Shown: positions 9,779 through 20,095, counted from the first letter of the stretch. The stretch: 64,000 nt of DNA from Candidatus Thorarchaeota archaeon (GCA_963726195.1 CAVSBO010000004.1:320001-384000); one strand, 5' to 3'. Numbers and translations: made by a program. Notes: a model not told the origin generated them from the letters alone.

Positions 9779-10639
9779 ATGGCATTCGAAGCTAAACCTG
9801 CGTATGTATTGTTGGATTCAAAACAGAAGGACCAGATTGAGAAGCTGCTGCCAATTGAGTTAGGGCTGTTCGGAGGCAGCGGCAACTATGACCCGACAGT
9901 GATTGAGAATCCCGTCGAAATCAAGGTCTTCACTCCATATGGAGCACCATCGGACAACTTCATCGTGGGAACAGTCAAGGGCCGCACTCTCGCGTTTCTC
10001 GCACGACACTGCAGAAACCACCGCATTCCTCCCCACATGATCAACTACCGTGCGAATGTGTGGGGGATGAAGTCACTCGGTGTTAAGAGAATAATCAGTC
10101 CTTGTGCGTGTGGAAGTCTGCAACCTGAGAAGATAGATCTCGGCGAGTTCGTGATTGTTGACCAAATCTTCGACAGGACATTCGGCCAAAGAAGGGACAC
10201 TTTCTTTGACGGAGGACCTGTGGCCCATGTCCCATTTGGGGATCCCTACTGTCCGGAACTAAGGAAGCTCGCGATAGAAACCGGGAAGCAGCTCAATTAC
10301 AAGGTGCATGAGAAAGGAACTTACGTTTGCATAAATGGTCCCAGGTTCTCCACCTATGCAGAGTCGATATTCTTCCACAACCAAGGGTGGGATGTCGTCG
10401 GAATGACAGCATACCCTGAGTCTGTGCTGGCGCGCGAGGCCGGGATTTGCTATTTGAACATAGCAATGCCTACTGACAAGGACGTTTACGGAACCGAACA
10501 TGTGACCCATGAAATGGTTCTGAAAACGATGGCCAGCAACATCGATCGGGTCCGCAAGATGACCTATGACCTGATTCCTAAAATACCGAAGAAAGCTACG
10601 TGCACCTGTCAGACCGCTATGGTGCACGGCCTATTCTGA
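9779..10639 (+). CDS. mtnP: 5'-methylthioadenosine/purine nucleoside phosphorylase
   Basis: GGSG, TPYG, INYRAN, GPRFST, VGMT, PE..LARE motifs. Confidence 0.9.
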   Translation: MAFEAKPAYVLLDSKQKDQIEKLLPIELGLFGGSGNYDPTVIENPVEIKVFTPYGAPSDNFIVGTVKGRTLAFLARHCRNHRIPPHMINYRANVWGMKSLGVKRIISPCACGSLQPEKIDLGEFVIVDQIFDRTFGQRRDTFFDGGPVAHVPFGDPYCPELRKLAIETGKQLNYKVHEKGTYVCINGPRFSTYAESIFFHNQGWDVVGMTAYPESVLAREAGICYLNIAMPTDKDVYGTEHVTHEMVLKTMASNIDRVRKMTYDLIPKIPKKATCTCQTAMVHGLF

Positions 10640-10650
10640 AAGGAACAGTT

Positions 10651-10688
10651 GGAGGTGAGCTCGGGACTAATCCCCAGAGCTCACATCC
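10651..10688. terminator. hairpin between mtnP and a convergent micro-ORF
   Basis: GTGAGCTC-GGGA..TCCC-CA-GAGCTCAC stem followed by CTTTGTTTT. Confidence 0.5.
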
Positions 10689-10731
10689 GGCTTTGTTTTA
10701 GTCTGGTTACTGTTGTTCAGCTGGGAAGACT

Positions 10732-10824
10732 CTACCAGTCCTCGTCAAAATCCTCGTCGTCGCTCCAATCGTCGTCGTCATCGGAGTCGTTGTCAAAGTC
10801 ATCCTCGTCTCGGAACCAGAACAA
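10732..10824 (-). CDS. hyper-acidic microprotein MFWFRDEDDFDNDSDDDDDWSDDEDFDEDW (30 aa; 57 aa if started at ATG 10905)
   Basis: Translated by hand (below the ORF-track cutoff); AAGGTGA SD-like site 5 nt before TTG; mixed GAC/GAT/GAG codons argue against simple microsatellite. Confidence 0.6.
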   Translation of the reverse strand: MFWFRDEDDFDNDSDDDDDWSDDEDFDEDW

Positions 10825-11129
10825 TGCGTTCACCTTGAGAATCCCTAAGAGTGCGTTAGGTGTTAAGCATGCCCCAGAGCCCAGAAGCCGGTGATAGGCC
10901 TGCATGATTGTGAAGATGAGAAGAACTGGCCCTGATGCGAAATCTGAGTGTTATCAACGCTGATTGTATCTTTCAGTCGGTTTATATCATCAAAAGGGTA
11001 ATATCGGGTAGTTTGAATGCACTTCGGCAGTGTCACCCACGGTCCAAAAGTGGGTTGACGGCAACGTGTGCCCAATGAGGCCAATACCCATCACTGGGAC
11101 GTTATCATGACGAGCCCCGCTTTAAGGAT

Positions 11130-11954
11130 GTGATTCTTTCGACCGAGTCTAGATCCTCATCGCGCCGCACCTACGAAGTCATTGTGAGCGGCAGGGTGCA
11201 GCTCACTATTCTCTTGGAACCGACGAAGGATTTTGAGGTCTTGGTTGAGAAGGTGGAGGGAATAAAGAATCTGGCGAGAGGTGTCTTTGTTGCCAAGATG
11301 GAGTCTCAGCCAGTAAGGGATCTTATCCAGAGCGTGCGCCACATCTCATTGAAGAAGACGAAGCGGATACCGAGGGTCAAGGACTCGGGTCCCAGTGAGC
11401 CTGAGAACAGGACGTACACAGTGGTCGCTTACAGTTATGACAGCCCATCAGCACAGCAGAAGAAACAGACACAGAGACTCGTGCGCAGGTCTCCCTGCGT
11501 TAGATTGCGGCCCGGTGTCCTTCTCTTCCCCCATCTCAGGTCCAAGGAGTCTTTACGCTATTACAGGCAGGACACGGCTCATCCTCTCTATGATGCAAGG
11601 ACGTTCGTGGAGAAGATGAAGGAAAACGGCGCCGCGGTGCGGCGATGGTCTCATCTCAGGTTAGCGGACGAAAACAGCGAGGAGCTCGTTGGTCGCGCGA
11701 TTGAAAGAATGGTCTCCAAAGAAATGTCATTGATTGAGTTGAGACTGGCCAAACTCAGAGATGCAGCAGCCACTCCGGGCGTGCCTGTGAGAAAACTGAA
11801 AGAACGATATACCGTGATGGCGAGAAGGTTCAAGATTCTCAAGGCCAACTTCATGGCAGTACAGAGTATCTGGCATCACGATACCGAAAGAGAGCTCAGA
11901 AGGACGTACAACATCCAGCTGAAGGTGAAACGTGAGATTCTAGTCTGTCATTGA
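11130..11954 (+). CDS. hypothetical protein, possible ChrB-N/PaaX-like domain plus helical C-terminus
   Basis: VVAYSY..PS....QRLVRRSPCVRLRPGVLLFP resembles the ChrB-N/PaaX pattern; very basic. Confidence 0.55.
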   Translation: MILSTESRSSSRRTYEVIVSGRVQLTILLEPTKDFEVLVEKVEGIKNLARGVFVAKMESQPVRDLIQSVRHISLKKTKRIPRVKDSGPSEPENRTYTVVAYSYDSPSAQQKKQTQRLVRRSPCVRLRPGVLLFPHLRSKESLRYYRQDTAHPLYDARTFVEKMKENGAAVRRWSHLRLADENSEELVGRAIERMVSKEMSLIELRLAKLRDAAATPGVPVRKLKERYTVMARRFKILKANFMAVQSIWHHDTERELRRTYNIQLKVKREILVCH

Positions 11955-12148
11955 CTCGACAAGTTTAGCACAAGCCGTCGTGCCGCCCGACTCTCACTAG
12001 GGCCATAACGCTGCGGAATTAGATTAGTCACTTTGACATCGCCTCTCCAGTATGGACACGCTCCAGAGTGTCTGCGCCGCTGAAACTTCTCATACGAACC
12101 AAAGGAGTGATAGCGAGGTTTTACATGAGTCCCCATGGCGAGTGCTTC

Positions 12149-12949
12149 ATGATTAGAATCGGCGTGGGTCAAACGCAGCCCAAGATTGGGGACAAAGCCT
12201 GGAACTTGGAGCAAACAAGGCGACTTCTCCAAGCCGCAGACGAGGAATCTGTCGATGTTGTCGTTCTTCCCGAGCTGCTCAACTCGGGCTATGTTTTCCG
12301 TTCCAAGAATGAGGCCAGTACCCTCTCCGAAGACATACCCACTGGACCATTCTCAAAGCTTCTTCGGGAGAGTTCTAGCAAGGGTCGGCTCATCGTGAGT
12401 GGAATATGCCAGAAGCAAGGCAATCTGACTTACAACTCAGCGGCGGCATTCGCCAATGGTGCATTGCTCACCACTTACCAGAAGCTGCATTTGTTCGACC
12501 GAGAGAGCGAGTGGTTTGCCTCAGGCAACAAAGAACCACCCGTAGTGGAGTTCCAAGGATATAGATTCGGCATCATGGTATGCTTTGACTGGGCTTTTCC
12601 AGAGGTGGCACGCATTCTGGCTCTCAAGTCTGCTCAAGTTGTTCTACATCCGGCCAACCTCGTTCTGCCCTACTGTCAGGATGCAATGAGAACTCGGTCG
12701 ATTGAGAACCGCGTGTTCACCGCCACGGCGAATCGCACTGGTCTCGAAAGGGGCGTTCAGTTTTCAGGACGGTCTCAAGTGACCAGTCCAAAAGGTGACA
12801 TACTCCTACGCCGAGGTGCAACGGACGAGGGACTATTCTGGGTTGATGTTGATCCGAGTGAAGCAGACAACAAGATGATTACGACTAGAAACCATGTTCT
12901 TAGAGATCGACGCCCGGAGGTTTACACAATACTTACGAAGACTTCCTGA
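12149..12949 (+). CDS. carbon-nitrogen hydrolase (nitrilase superfamily)
   Basis: E-K-C triad: VLPEL, YQKLHL, VCFDW. Confidence 0.92.
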   Translation: MIRIGVGQTQPKIGDKAWNLEQTRRLLQAADEESVDVVVLPELLNSGYVFRSKNEASTLSEDIPTGPFSKLLRESSSKGRLIVSGICQKQGNLTYNSAAAFANGALLTTYQKLHLFDRESEWFASGNKEPPVVEFQGYRFGIMVCFDWAFPEVARILALKSAQVVLHPANLVLPYCQDAMRTRSIENRVFTATANRTGLERGVQFSGRSQVTSPKGDILLRRGATDEGLFWVDVDPSEADNKMITTRNHVLRDRRPEVYTILTKTS

Positions 12950-13304
12950 TTCTGCGTGGATCTCTTTCGCGAGATTCCGATGCGGGATACTTGCGTGCAT
13001 TCTTTGCTATCTTGTTGATCACAGCAGTCGATGGACTGATTCCAACCGTATCGCAGAGGCGGAGCAGGTAGATCATGACATCAGCGATTTCGTCAGCCAT
13101 CGCCTCTCGATATTCGTCCTTTGCCAGTGAGCTCTCTACGTCTTCATCGCTGCGCCACTGAAAGAGTTCAAGCAGCTCTCCGATCTCGACGGCGGCTGAG
13201 ATAGCGAGGGCTGATGGCTTGTGATACTTGGTCCAGTTTCTTTCTTCCACGAAGCGTCTAATCTGAGCCATAATCTCTTCCATCGAAGGGGATTGGGAAG
13301 GCAT
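12933..13304 (-). CDS. MazG-like nucleotide pyrophosphohydrolase (dCTPase-like)
   Basis: ERNW..YH.P, EIGELLELFQW, EIADV, KIAKNARKYP. Confidence 0.9.
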   Translation of the reverse strand: MPSQSPSMEEIMAQIRRFVEERNWTKYHKPSALAISAAVEIGELLELFQWRSDEDVESSLAKDEYREAMADEIADVMIYLLRLCDTVGISPSTAVINKIAKNARKYPASESRERDPRRIRKSS

Positions 13305-13834
13305 CAATATCCCCTTTTGAGAGTCCTGTCGATTAGCACGACGCTGTACATGCACATGACTACTATGAATATAGCAACGGCGAATACTGGAATTGAAGAT
13401 TCGGGCAGCAGTCCAGCCCCAGTGAAAATGGTCATGAGAGAGTCAGTGACTCCTAGTACTCCACACAACCCGATAGTAATGCCGTTGAACATGCCGCCCC
13501 AGCGAAGACCGGCCCCCGGATTCAGCCTCCATATCTTGAAGCCAAATAGGGAGCCCGTTGAGAAAAGAATCACGAAGATGTATGTTGCAAAGATACTCCA
13601 GCGGTAGGTGTCCCACAAACCGACTGGGGTGAGTACCACCATAATGAAACCGAGAATCATAAGCACAAAGACCAAAGCCGGCCAAGGGTCACTGAGAAAA
13701 CCCCCTTTCTCTCCCTTTGTGGGTGTGACTTTCTCGGGGAATTCCTCCTCCTCAGCCTCTTCCGCCTCAAAAGAGTCTTCTTCCTCTTCAGTCTCATCGT
13801 CATTTTCAATTGGGGGTTGGTTGCGACGACTCAT
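13304..13834 (-). CDS. 4-TM membrane protein with acidic N-terminal tail
   Basis: E/D-rich N-terminus then four hydrophobic helices; stop overlaps the downstream ATG. Confidence 0.75.
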   Translation of the reverse strand: MSRRNQPPIENDDETEEEEDSFEAEEAEEEEFPEKVTPTKGEKGGFLSDPWPALVFVLMILGFIMVVLTPVGLWDTYRWSIFATYIFVILFSTGSLFGFKIWRLNPGAGLRWGGMFNGITIGLCGVLGVTDSLMTIFTGAGLLPESSIPVFAVAIFIVVMCMYSVVLIDRTLKRGY

Positions 13835-14005
13835 ACTCTGGCCTCGCGCTCTGCCCGCGACACAGAACCAGTCCGTTAAAACCCTTGTGTCCAAGCCAAC
13901 GAAGCAAATGCACGGACAGTTCCTGTTGAATCACAATCGACCTGGTTACCAAGGATGAGGTCCATAAGGCGAACTGTTAAAACAAATCGGCGCGGAGTCA
14001 TGCGT

Positions 14006-14611
14006 ATGTCCTTTGAGGGTCAGACCCGTGACCAATGGTTGCAAGCCGCACGTGTCTTCAGGCAGAAGGGCATGAACAAGAAGGCGATTGAGGCTTACCA
14101 GAAAGCACTGAAGGCTGACCCGAAATCAGTTGTGGCGCTGAATGAGATGGGCCTAGTTCACATTCATATCGGCGAACAGGACGCCGCCATTCAGGCCTTC
14201 GACAAGGCCATTGCAGTGATGCCGAACAAACCTGAAGCTTATGCGAACAAAGCAGAGGCATATCTCACAATGGGTGCCTTCGACGATGCTCTCAAGACTT
14301 CTGAGGAAGGTCTCAAGCATGCACCGAGTGACGCCTCACTATGGTGCCGAAAGGCAAGAGCCATGGAGAGTCTCTTGAAAATCCCAGAGGCTGTGAGCTG
14401 CTACAATGAGGCGTTAAAGTACAACTCTGGCGATCCCGAAACATGGAAGGCACTTGCTCTTTGTCTGGACGCTGAGCAGAAGTGGTCCGAGGTCGCTCGG
14501 GCGTACAGGATAGCCGCTGGACTACACAAGAAGCGCGGCGAGGCCCAAGAAGCTGAAAGCTGCTCCAAGTTCGCGAAAATGGCCGAAAGCAGTTCGGATG
14601 CCAATGCCTAG
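14006..14611 (+). CDS. TPR-repeat protein
   Basis: About five canonical TPR repeats (AIEAYQKALKADP, AFDKAIAVMP). Confidence 0.88.
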   Translation: MSFEGQTRDQWLQAARVFRQKGMNKKAIEAYQKALKADPKSVVALNEMGLVHIHIGEQDAAIQAFDKAIAVMPNKPEAYANKAEAYLTMGAFDDALKTSEEGLKHAPSDASLWCRKARAMESLLKIPEAVSCYNEALKYNSGDPETWKALALCLDAEQKWSEVARAYRIAAGLHKKRGEAQEAESCSKFAKMAESSSDANA

Positions 14612-14674
14612 ATATCGATGGCTTGGTGCTCTTTCTAGGTGCGTTGCCGTCAAGGTCATCAAAGAAAAGGGGAA

Positions 14675-14694
14675 AGAGGGGTGTGCACCCCTCT
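14675..14694 (-). terminator. hairpin plus pyrimidine tract after the PLD gene
   Basis: AGAGGGGTG-TG-CACCCCTCT; minus strand continues TTCCCCTTTTCTTT. Confidence 0.5.
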
Positions 14695-14749
14695 GCCATG
14701 ATACGCTTGTCCAAGCTGTGAACCAGTTCACTGCGATTCGCTATGGTTT

Positions 14750-16429
14750 CTACTTCTTCTTGAAGCAGGTGCCGCCAACGAGCACAATTACTGCCGCGAT
14801 GGCCACTATGGCGATGGTTGTCCACGGGATTTCCGAAACTGAGGTTGTAGTGGTTGTGGTTGAGAGAGAACCAAGAGCGTCTTTGACATGTATCACCATC
14901 TGGAATCCCTGATACCATGAGGGAGTTCCTGGGTTCACCTGCACATAGGCTAACACGGTGATGTTAGTGCCGTCTGGTTGAGCTGAAATCTGGTAGGTGA
15001 AGAACTCGAGATGCCCCTTTGGCGATGTGATGGCGTTCGTCGTTATCGTGTGGTTCGTCCATGCTCCTGCGCCGATTTTGACACTCAGGATGACCTGCGT
15101 AATCGAACTTCCGAAGAGTTCCTCGGCGTAAACAGTTACGTCGATGGGTGTCGTGCTCTTCGGTATGTTCGGGTGCCAGTACAGGTTCACATAGTCTTCA
15201 ACATCGCATGAAGCAATGCTCCAGTCATAGTCGAAGACTGCTTGATACCATTGAGCAACGTTTTGGTTCTGAATGATGACGCCCGCTTCTCTGTTGTCGA
15301 CAATGCTCTCGTCACTGAAGTTGATGCTGCAAACTAGGACGAGCCGACCGTCAACGATGATTCCTTTGTTGTGTTCCTCAGAGAACCACGTTGTGTCCTG
15401 CCAACCGATTGGAATCTTATTGGCCCAGCAGATATCAGATATGTTCTCGAAGTCCTTGGTCTCTGCCGTTATTATTCGAACGGTCACTCCTCGATTCTTA
15501 GCGGCCACGATTGCATCTATGACCTGATCAACTTGGCCTCCATCGTATACGCTCGTGAAGTACGGTATCTGTATGTCCAGAGTCACTTGAGCATTGTTTA
15601 TGCAATAAAGGATGGCCTGCAAGCTCGTGTCCGGACTGAAGACCGGTGTTACGTTCATCTGACCGCTGAACGTACCTGCAGCAGCAAACGGGCGAGGGTA
15701 GGAGCTGCCGCTCTCAGTGTAGGTCAAGGCGGTCCCGGTACCGTCCCCAGTAGTGTACGTCTTACCCCTACTCCAATCGTAGTCAAAGACCGCGCGATAA
15801 GCCGCGGCGACATCAACGTCCGTCATAGCGATGTCCCATTCACGGTTGGATATCTTGCCACTTTCTGGGAAGCTGGTCTTTGCCCAGTTTCCCGATTGAA
15901 CGACTATTGTCTTGTTGTCGATTATTATGAACTTTTGATGGGCTTGGGCAAAGTCAGTTGACTTAGTCCATCTGACGGGCAGACCAAGAGTAGTTAGGTT
16001 GTTGGCAACCCACTTGTTGGGGTCTTGATAGTTGAGGCTATTCCATCCAATCAAGAACTTCATCACCAGCGATGGCTTCGCCGTGTGAATCTGATGAATC
16101 AGGTCGACTATGTATGGGTTGTTTATCCCGAATATCTCGACATAGATGCTCTGCTGAGCACTGTTCAAGAAGTGCCACAGCTGGTCACGACTGCCATCGG
16201 GCGCTACGAAAGTAGTTACGTTCATGTTCTTGCTATATGTCGTCCAGGGAATTGCAGAAGGCGCGTATGGCGCTGCGGGCTTAGCGGAAGCCACTCCGGG
16301 CGGAAAAACCACGGGAGCAATTCCCATGATGAGAAGGCTGACTAGCAGAACACTTATTGTCCGATAATGAAAACCGGTCAATGCTTTCTCCTCTAACACC
16401 TGTGATGTCTCCAGCTCGGTACCCTTCAC
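14750..16429 (-). CDS. secreted, C-terminally anchored phospholipase D-family protein
   Basis: Two HxKxxxxD motifs (HQKFIIID, HNKGIIVD), signal peptide, Thr-rich linker, C-terminal TM plus KKK. Confidence 0.88.
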   Translation of the reverse strand: MKGTELETSQVLEEKALTGFHYRTISVLLVSLLIMGIAPVVFPPGVASAKPAAPYAPSAIPWTTYSKNMNVTTFVAPDGSRDQLWHFLNSAQQSIYVEIFGINNPYIVDLIHQIHTAKPSLVMKFLIGWNSLNYQDPNKWVANNLTTLGLPVRWTKSTDFAQAHQKFIIIDNKTIVVQSGNWAKTSFPESGKISNREWDIAMTDVDVAAAYRAVFDYDWSRGKTYTTGDGTGTALTYTESGSSYPRPFAAAGTFSGQMNVTPVFSPDTSLQAILYCINNAQVTLDIQIPYFTSVYDGGQVDQVIDAIVAAKNRGVTVRIITAETKDFENISDICWANKIPIGWQDTTWFSEEHNKGIIVDGRLVLVCSINFSDESIVDNREAGVIIQNQNVAQWYQAVFDYDWSIASCDVEDYVNLYWHPNIPKSTTPIDVTVYAEELFGSSITQVILSVKIGAGAWTNHTITTNAITSPKGHLEFFTYQISAQPDGTNITVLAYVQVNPGTPSWYQGFQMVIHVKDALGSLSTTTTTTSVSEIPWTTIAIVAIAAVIVLVGGTCFKKK

Positions 16430-16504
16430 TTATATCTTGCCCAACGTACATGTCGGAGGAAAGGCGAGTAACGTTATTATTCAGGATGTATCGCATACAA
16501 CGCT

Positions 16505-16762
16505 GTGAAGCTCTTCTACTATGTCGAACCCTCGGCCTACGAAGCGAGCATGAAGAAGGTGCGTGAGAAGTTTGGGATGCACCAAGAGGTAGATGAGGAC
16601 AAGACCATCTTGATGCTGGATGACAAGTCAAAGATTGAGCTAGTTACAGGTAGTTACGATCCGGGTCATGATGCGAAGGCTCTGGTAAGGGTCGTGCTCA
16701 TAGACCAGACGCTCAAGACATTCTTCGATTCGGTTTTTGGTGAGCCTTACAGAATCAAGTAA
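16505..16762 (+). CDS. hypothetical protein
   Basis: 85-aa ORF with protein-like composition, divergent from the PLD gene. Confidence 0.65.
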   Translation: MKLFYYVEPSAYEASMKKVREKFGMHQEVDEDKTILMLDDKSKIELVTGSYDPGHDAKALVRVVLIDQTLKTFFDSVFGEPYRIK

Positions 16763-16985
16763 CCGGCCGCCTCTTCAACAAGCGTCTCTACATCTCTCGA
16801 ATGCATAGCTTCCTTGTTAGAGAGAGCTTCGGCACTTTCGTTGTTGTAGATTCGCAGACTCCTCTCACACGTGTGTTTGTCTTCACCAATGACTGTGCGA
16901 GTGACTTAGCACATTCCTTCATCTTTAAAAAGGGAGCAATATCGGATGCGATACAATTCACACCTGTACGGAGGTCAGACAGTTC

Positions 16986-18014
16986 TTGGTGAAGACAGTA
17001 GAAGCAATCGACCTTGTCAAGCAGTTCAATGGGTTGACTGCTGTGGATAAGATCAATATGTCTGTTGAAAAAGGCGAGATATTCGGACTCTTGGGACCGA
17101 ACGGTGCGGGGAAGACCACCACGATAAAGATGCTCATCACCCTGTTGAAGCCCACCAGCGGCAAAGCGATTGTTGCAGGATACGACTGCGTAACGCAGGC
17201 CGATGAGGTCAGAAGAAGAATCGGCTACGTACCACAGGAATCGGCGCTTGATGGCAGGCTGACCGCAGCAGAGAACCTTGAGCTGTTCGCAGAGCTTTAC
17301 GGCTTGCCCAGGAGTGATATCAAACCCAGGATAAACGAGGTCCTTGAACTCGTGGAGTGAGAAAAGAGGAAGAATGATCTTGTATCACATTACAGCGGCG
17401 GAATGAAACGGCGTCTCGAGATAGCACGCGGTCTGCTTCCGACGCCTCAGGTTCTCTTCTTGGATGAGCCCACTTTGGGTTTGGACCCTCAGAGTCGTCG
17501 AGTAGTGTGGGAATTCATCCACAAGCTGCAGAAGGAATGGGACCTGACCATCCTGACGACAACTCATTACCTTGACGAAGCTGAGAAAGAAATGGACCGG
17601 GTCGCCATCATTGACAAAGGAACAATCATGGCCCAGGGGCCGCCCGAGGATTTGACGACCGATTTTGGGAAGGATGTGGTTGAGCTCGTGGTCAAATCTG
17701 ATAGCGGGGGTAATTCCGGAGAGCAACTGAAATCGAAGCTTTCTGCTCTTCAAATCAGCTCCGACCTGTCGGTCAGTGATCGGAAAGTCAGACTCGGTGT
17801 TCCAAACGGAAAGACCGCACTGCCTTCCATAATTCACAGGGTAGAGTCCGCAGGGCTTGAGATTGAATCAATCTCGGTGAGAAGCCCGTCACTTGATGAT
17901 GTCTTCATGAAATACACCGGGCGTGGTATCAGAGAGGAGGAAGGTCCGTCAGATAGTGCGGACACCAAGAAGCAAAGGGCAATGCAGTTGGCCCGAATGA
18001 GGGGGCGAGTGTAG
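16986..18014 (+). CDS. ABC-2 exporter ATP-binding subunit (DrrA-like; in-frame TGA at 17358-17360)
   Basis: GPNGAGKTT, YSGGMKRRLE, LFLDEPT; the two ORFs share one frame across ELVE*EKRKND. Confidence 0.88.
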
Positions 18015-18015
18015 A

Positions 18016-19258
18016 ATGGCTTTCAGAGCAACACGCGCAATATGGAAGCGAGAAATGAGGAAGTGGAGAAGAAACAGGACGCAGCTGATTCAGCTCCCTG
18101 ATGCTGCCGATTCTCTTTCTTCTGGTGATCGGGAATGCTTATTCAGGTTCATTTTCAGACGTACCTATCGCCATAACGAACCTTGATCCACTGACCCCTG
18201 CATGGGTCTTTGAACAAGCTCTTCGAAACTCAACAACTCTGACTGTCGTTGCGTCCAACATATCGGTCTCGGAAGCAAATGCGATGATTGACAGCGGGAA
18301 GATTGCGGGTTTTGTGTACATACCTGTGAATTTCAGCAAGACCCTCTTGCCATTGCCTTGGGGTGTCACTCCCAACCTAAGTAACAGAATCAATGTTACT
18401 GACGACAATACCAACATCATGATTTCGCAAGCGTTGGAAGGCCTTGTGGCGCAGGTGTTGAATGTGACACTGCACGACAATAGAGTCGCGTCATGGTTCA
18501 CGGATACTACACACATCCCATTCCGCATATCGGGATTGTCCATTGGCAAGGTTGACAGGTACTCAACGGGCTTCACCTTCATTGACTTTCTCGCGCCCGG
18601 CATACTGCTTATGACAGTCCTGTTCACTTCACTGTTCGCTGCAGGCATGCCAATCATACTTGACCGAGAGGTAGGTTACTTTGACATGCTGTTGTCAACG
18701 CCAACCCGCCGTAGTGATCTCGTTCTCGGGTTCACGCTAGCAGGAGTGACGAAGGTAATAGCTCAGGCCACATTCGTTCTAGTGATTGCTATCATATTGG
18801 GAATCCACATGGTACTGTCAGCACTAACGATTCTTTACATCTACATCTTGGCCACGCTTCTGGGGCTAGGGTTCGTGGGAATCTCGATTGCGCTGAGCGT
18901 GAAGGTTGAGCTAACCTCGATGCAGTTCATCAACGGACTGATCAACTTCCCTGTGTTCTTCCTATCGGGTGCGTTCTACCCAGTTGAGTCACTGCCCGCG
19001 TGGCTGAAATCGGTGGTATTGCTCAATCCAATGACGTATGCTGTGGATGGACTGAGAGCAGTCATGATCAAGGGCTCAAGCATTCTCAGTGTCATGCCGG
19101 ATGTAGTCTTCGTTGGTGTTTTTGCACTACTCACGCAGATCCTCGGGAATCTGGCGCTCTATCTTGCATTCTCAGGAAGAAAGATCCAGATACGGCACAG
19201 AAAGCATGCGGTGGTTGCCGCAGCTCCTGTTGCACAACCGCCAACTAACCCGCAGTAG
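18016..19258 (+). CDS. ABC-2 exporter permease (apparent frameshift near 18090)
   Basis: MAFRATRAIWKREM N-terminus joins 18101 ORF; FLAPG, DRE.G, FLSGAFYP, NPMTY. Confidence 0.87.
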
Positions 19259-19362
19259 AGAGAAATCGGTAATGAGAACCAGCCCATCCATATTGTTGTC
19301 GGTGGACTGGTTCATTCTGCTTTTTGGAGAATCAGTTACCTTGGGAATTCGCGAGAAGAAAC

Positions 19363-19566
19363 CTAACCTTCCTCAATCGCTCCCTCGGGGCATGAATCAG
19401 TACAAGCATAGCACTCTGTGCATTCATCGGCACGCTTGACCTGATACTGGGATGTCTTCTTCTTCGTCTTCTTGTCTTCATTGAGAACGTAGAGCGAAGG
19501 ATCGACCGGGCAAACGTCTACGCATGTGCCACATCCAGTGCACTTGCTGTTAACTTTCCAAATCAT
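19363..19566 (-). CDS. 2x[4Fe-4S] ferredoxin
   Basis: CTGCGTCVDVCP and CTECYACTDSCP. Confidence 0.92.
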   Translation of the reverse strand: MIWKVNSKCTGCGTCVDVCPVDPSLYVLNEDKKTKKKTSQYQVKRADECTECYACTDSCPEGAIEEG

Positions 19567-19734
19567 TGTTGTCCACTCTTGGATTGCTTTGTCAGCGGAC
19601 CTTAGGTCCGACAGTCCTGAGGCCTTGGCTTTCCCATATAAGCAGAATGGTTAGCTCCTCTAGTCAATTGAGGGAACACTATCGAACATCCAGAATCCAA
19701 GACCAATGCTGACCACATTTAACCCAAAGAACCT

Positions 19735-20025
19735 CTACTTCTTGGAGGGCGAGAAAATCGGGTCAGGAGTCCATCCTGCCTCTTCCTTGTCCTCGGGACT
19801 TGCCGTAAGGAATGACTCGTAATCTAAGACACCCTGAATGCGAGGCAACTCGTATAGTGCCAGCGTCTCAAAGTCCTTCAGGTCTGGAACTTCGATACAC
19901 ACGATGACGTCATAGGGGCCTGAGTAGATCGTGCATGCCGCCTTCACACCTCTCAGCTTGCGGATGCGTTCCCTAACCCGGTACGCGTGTCCCAGTTCTG
20001 TTTTTACGCCCACGAAGACCCTCAC
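19735..20025 (-). CDS. stand-alone Lrp/AsnC ligand-binding (RAM) domain protein
   Basis: GV..A..YSGPYDVI pattern, no HTH. Confidence 0.8.
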   Translation of the reverse strand: MRVFVGVKTELGHAYRVRERIRKLRGVKAACTIYSGPYDVIVCIEVPDLKDFETLALYELPRIQGVLDYESFLTASPEDKEEAGWTPDPIFSPSKK

Positions 20026-20095
20026 GTCAATCAGAAATGCATACGCAATTCCGGGTTAAGTGCTTATCTTCGGATGTTGAGAGTTTGAAAGCATC

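Noticed and set aside
13740-13810. FFAT-like motif (EEEEDSFEAEE) in the membrane protein tail
   Set aside because: Lacks the critical aromatic residue at position 2; likely chance in an acidic tract.
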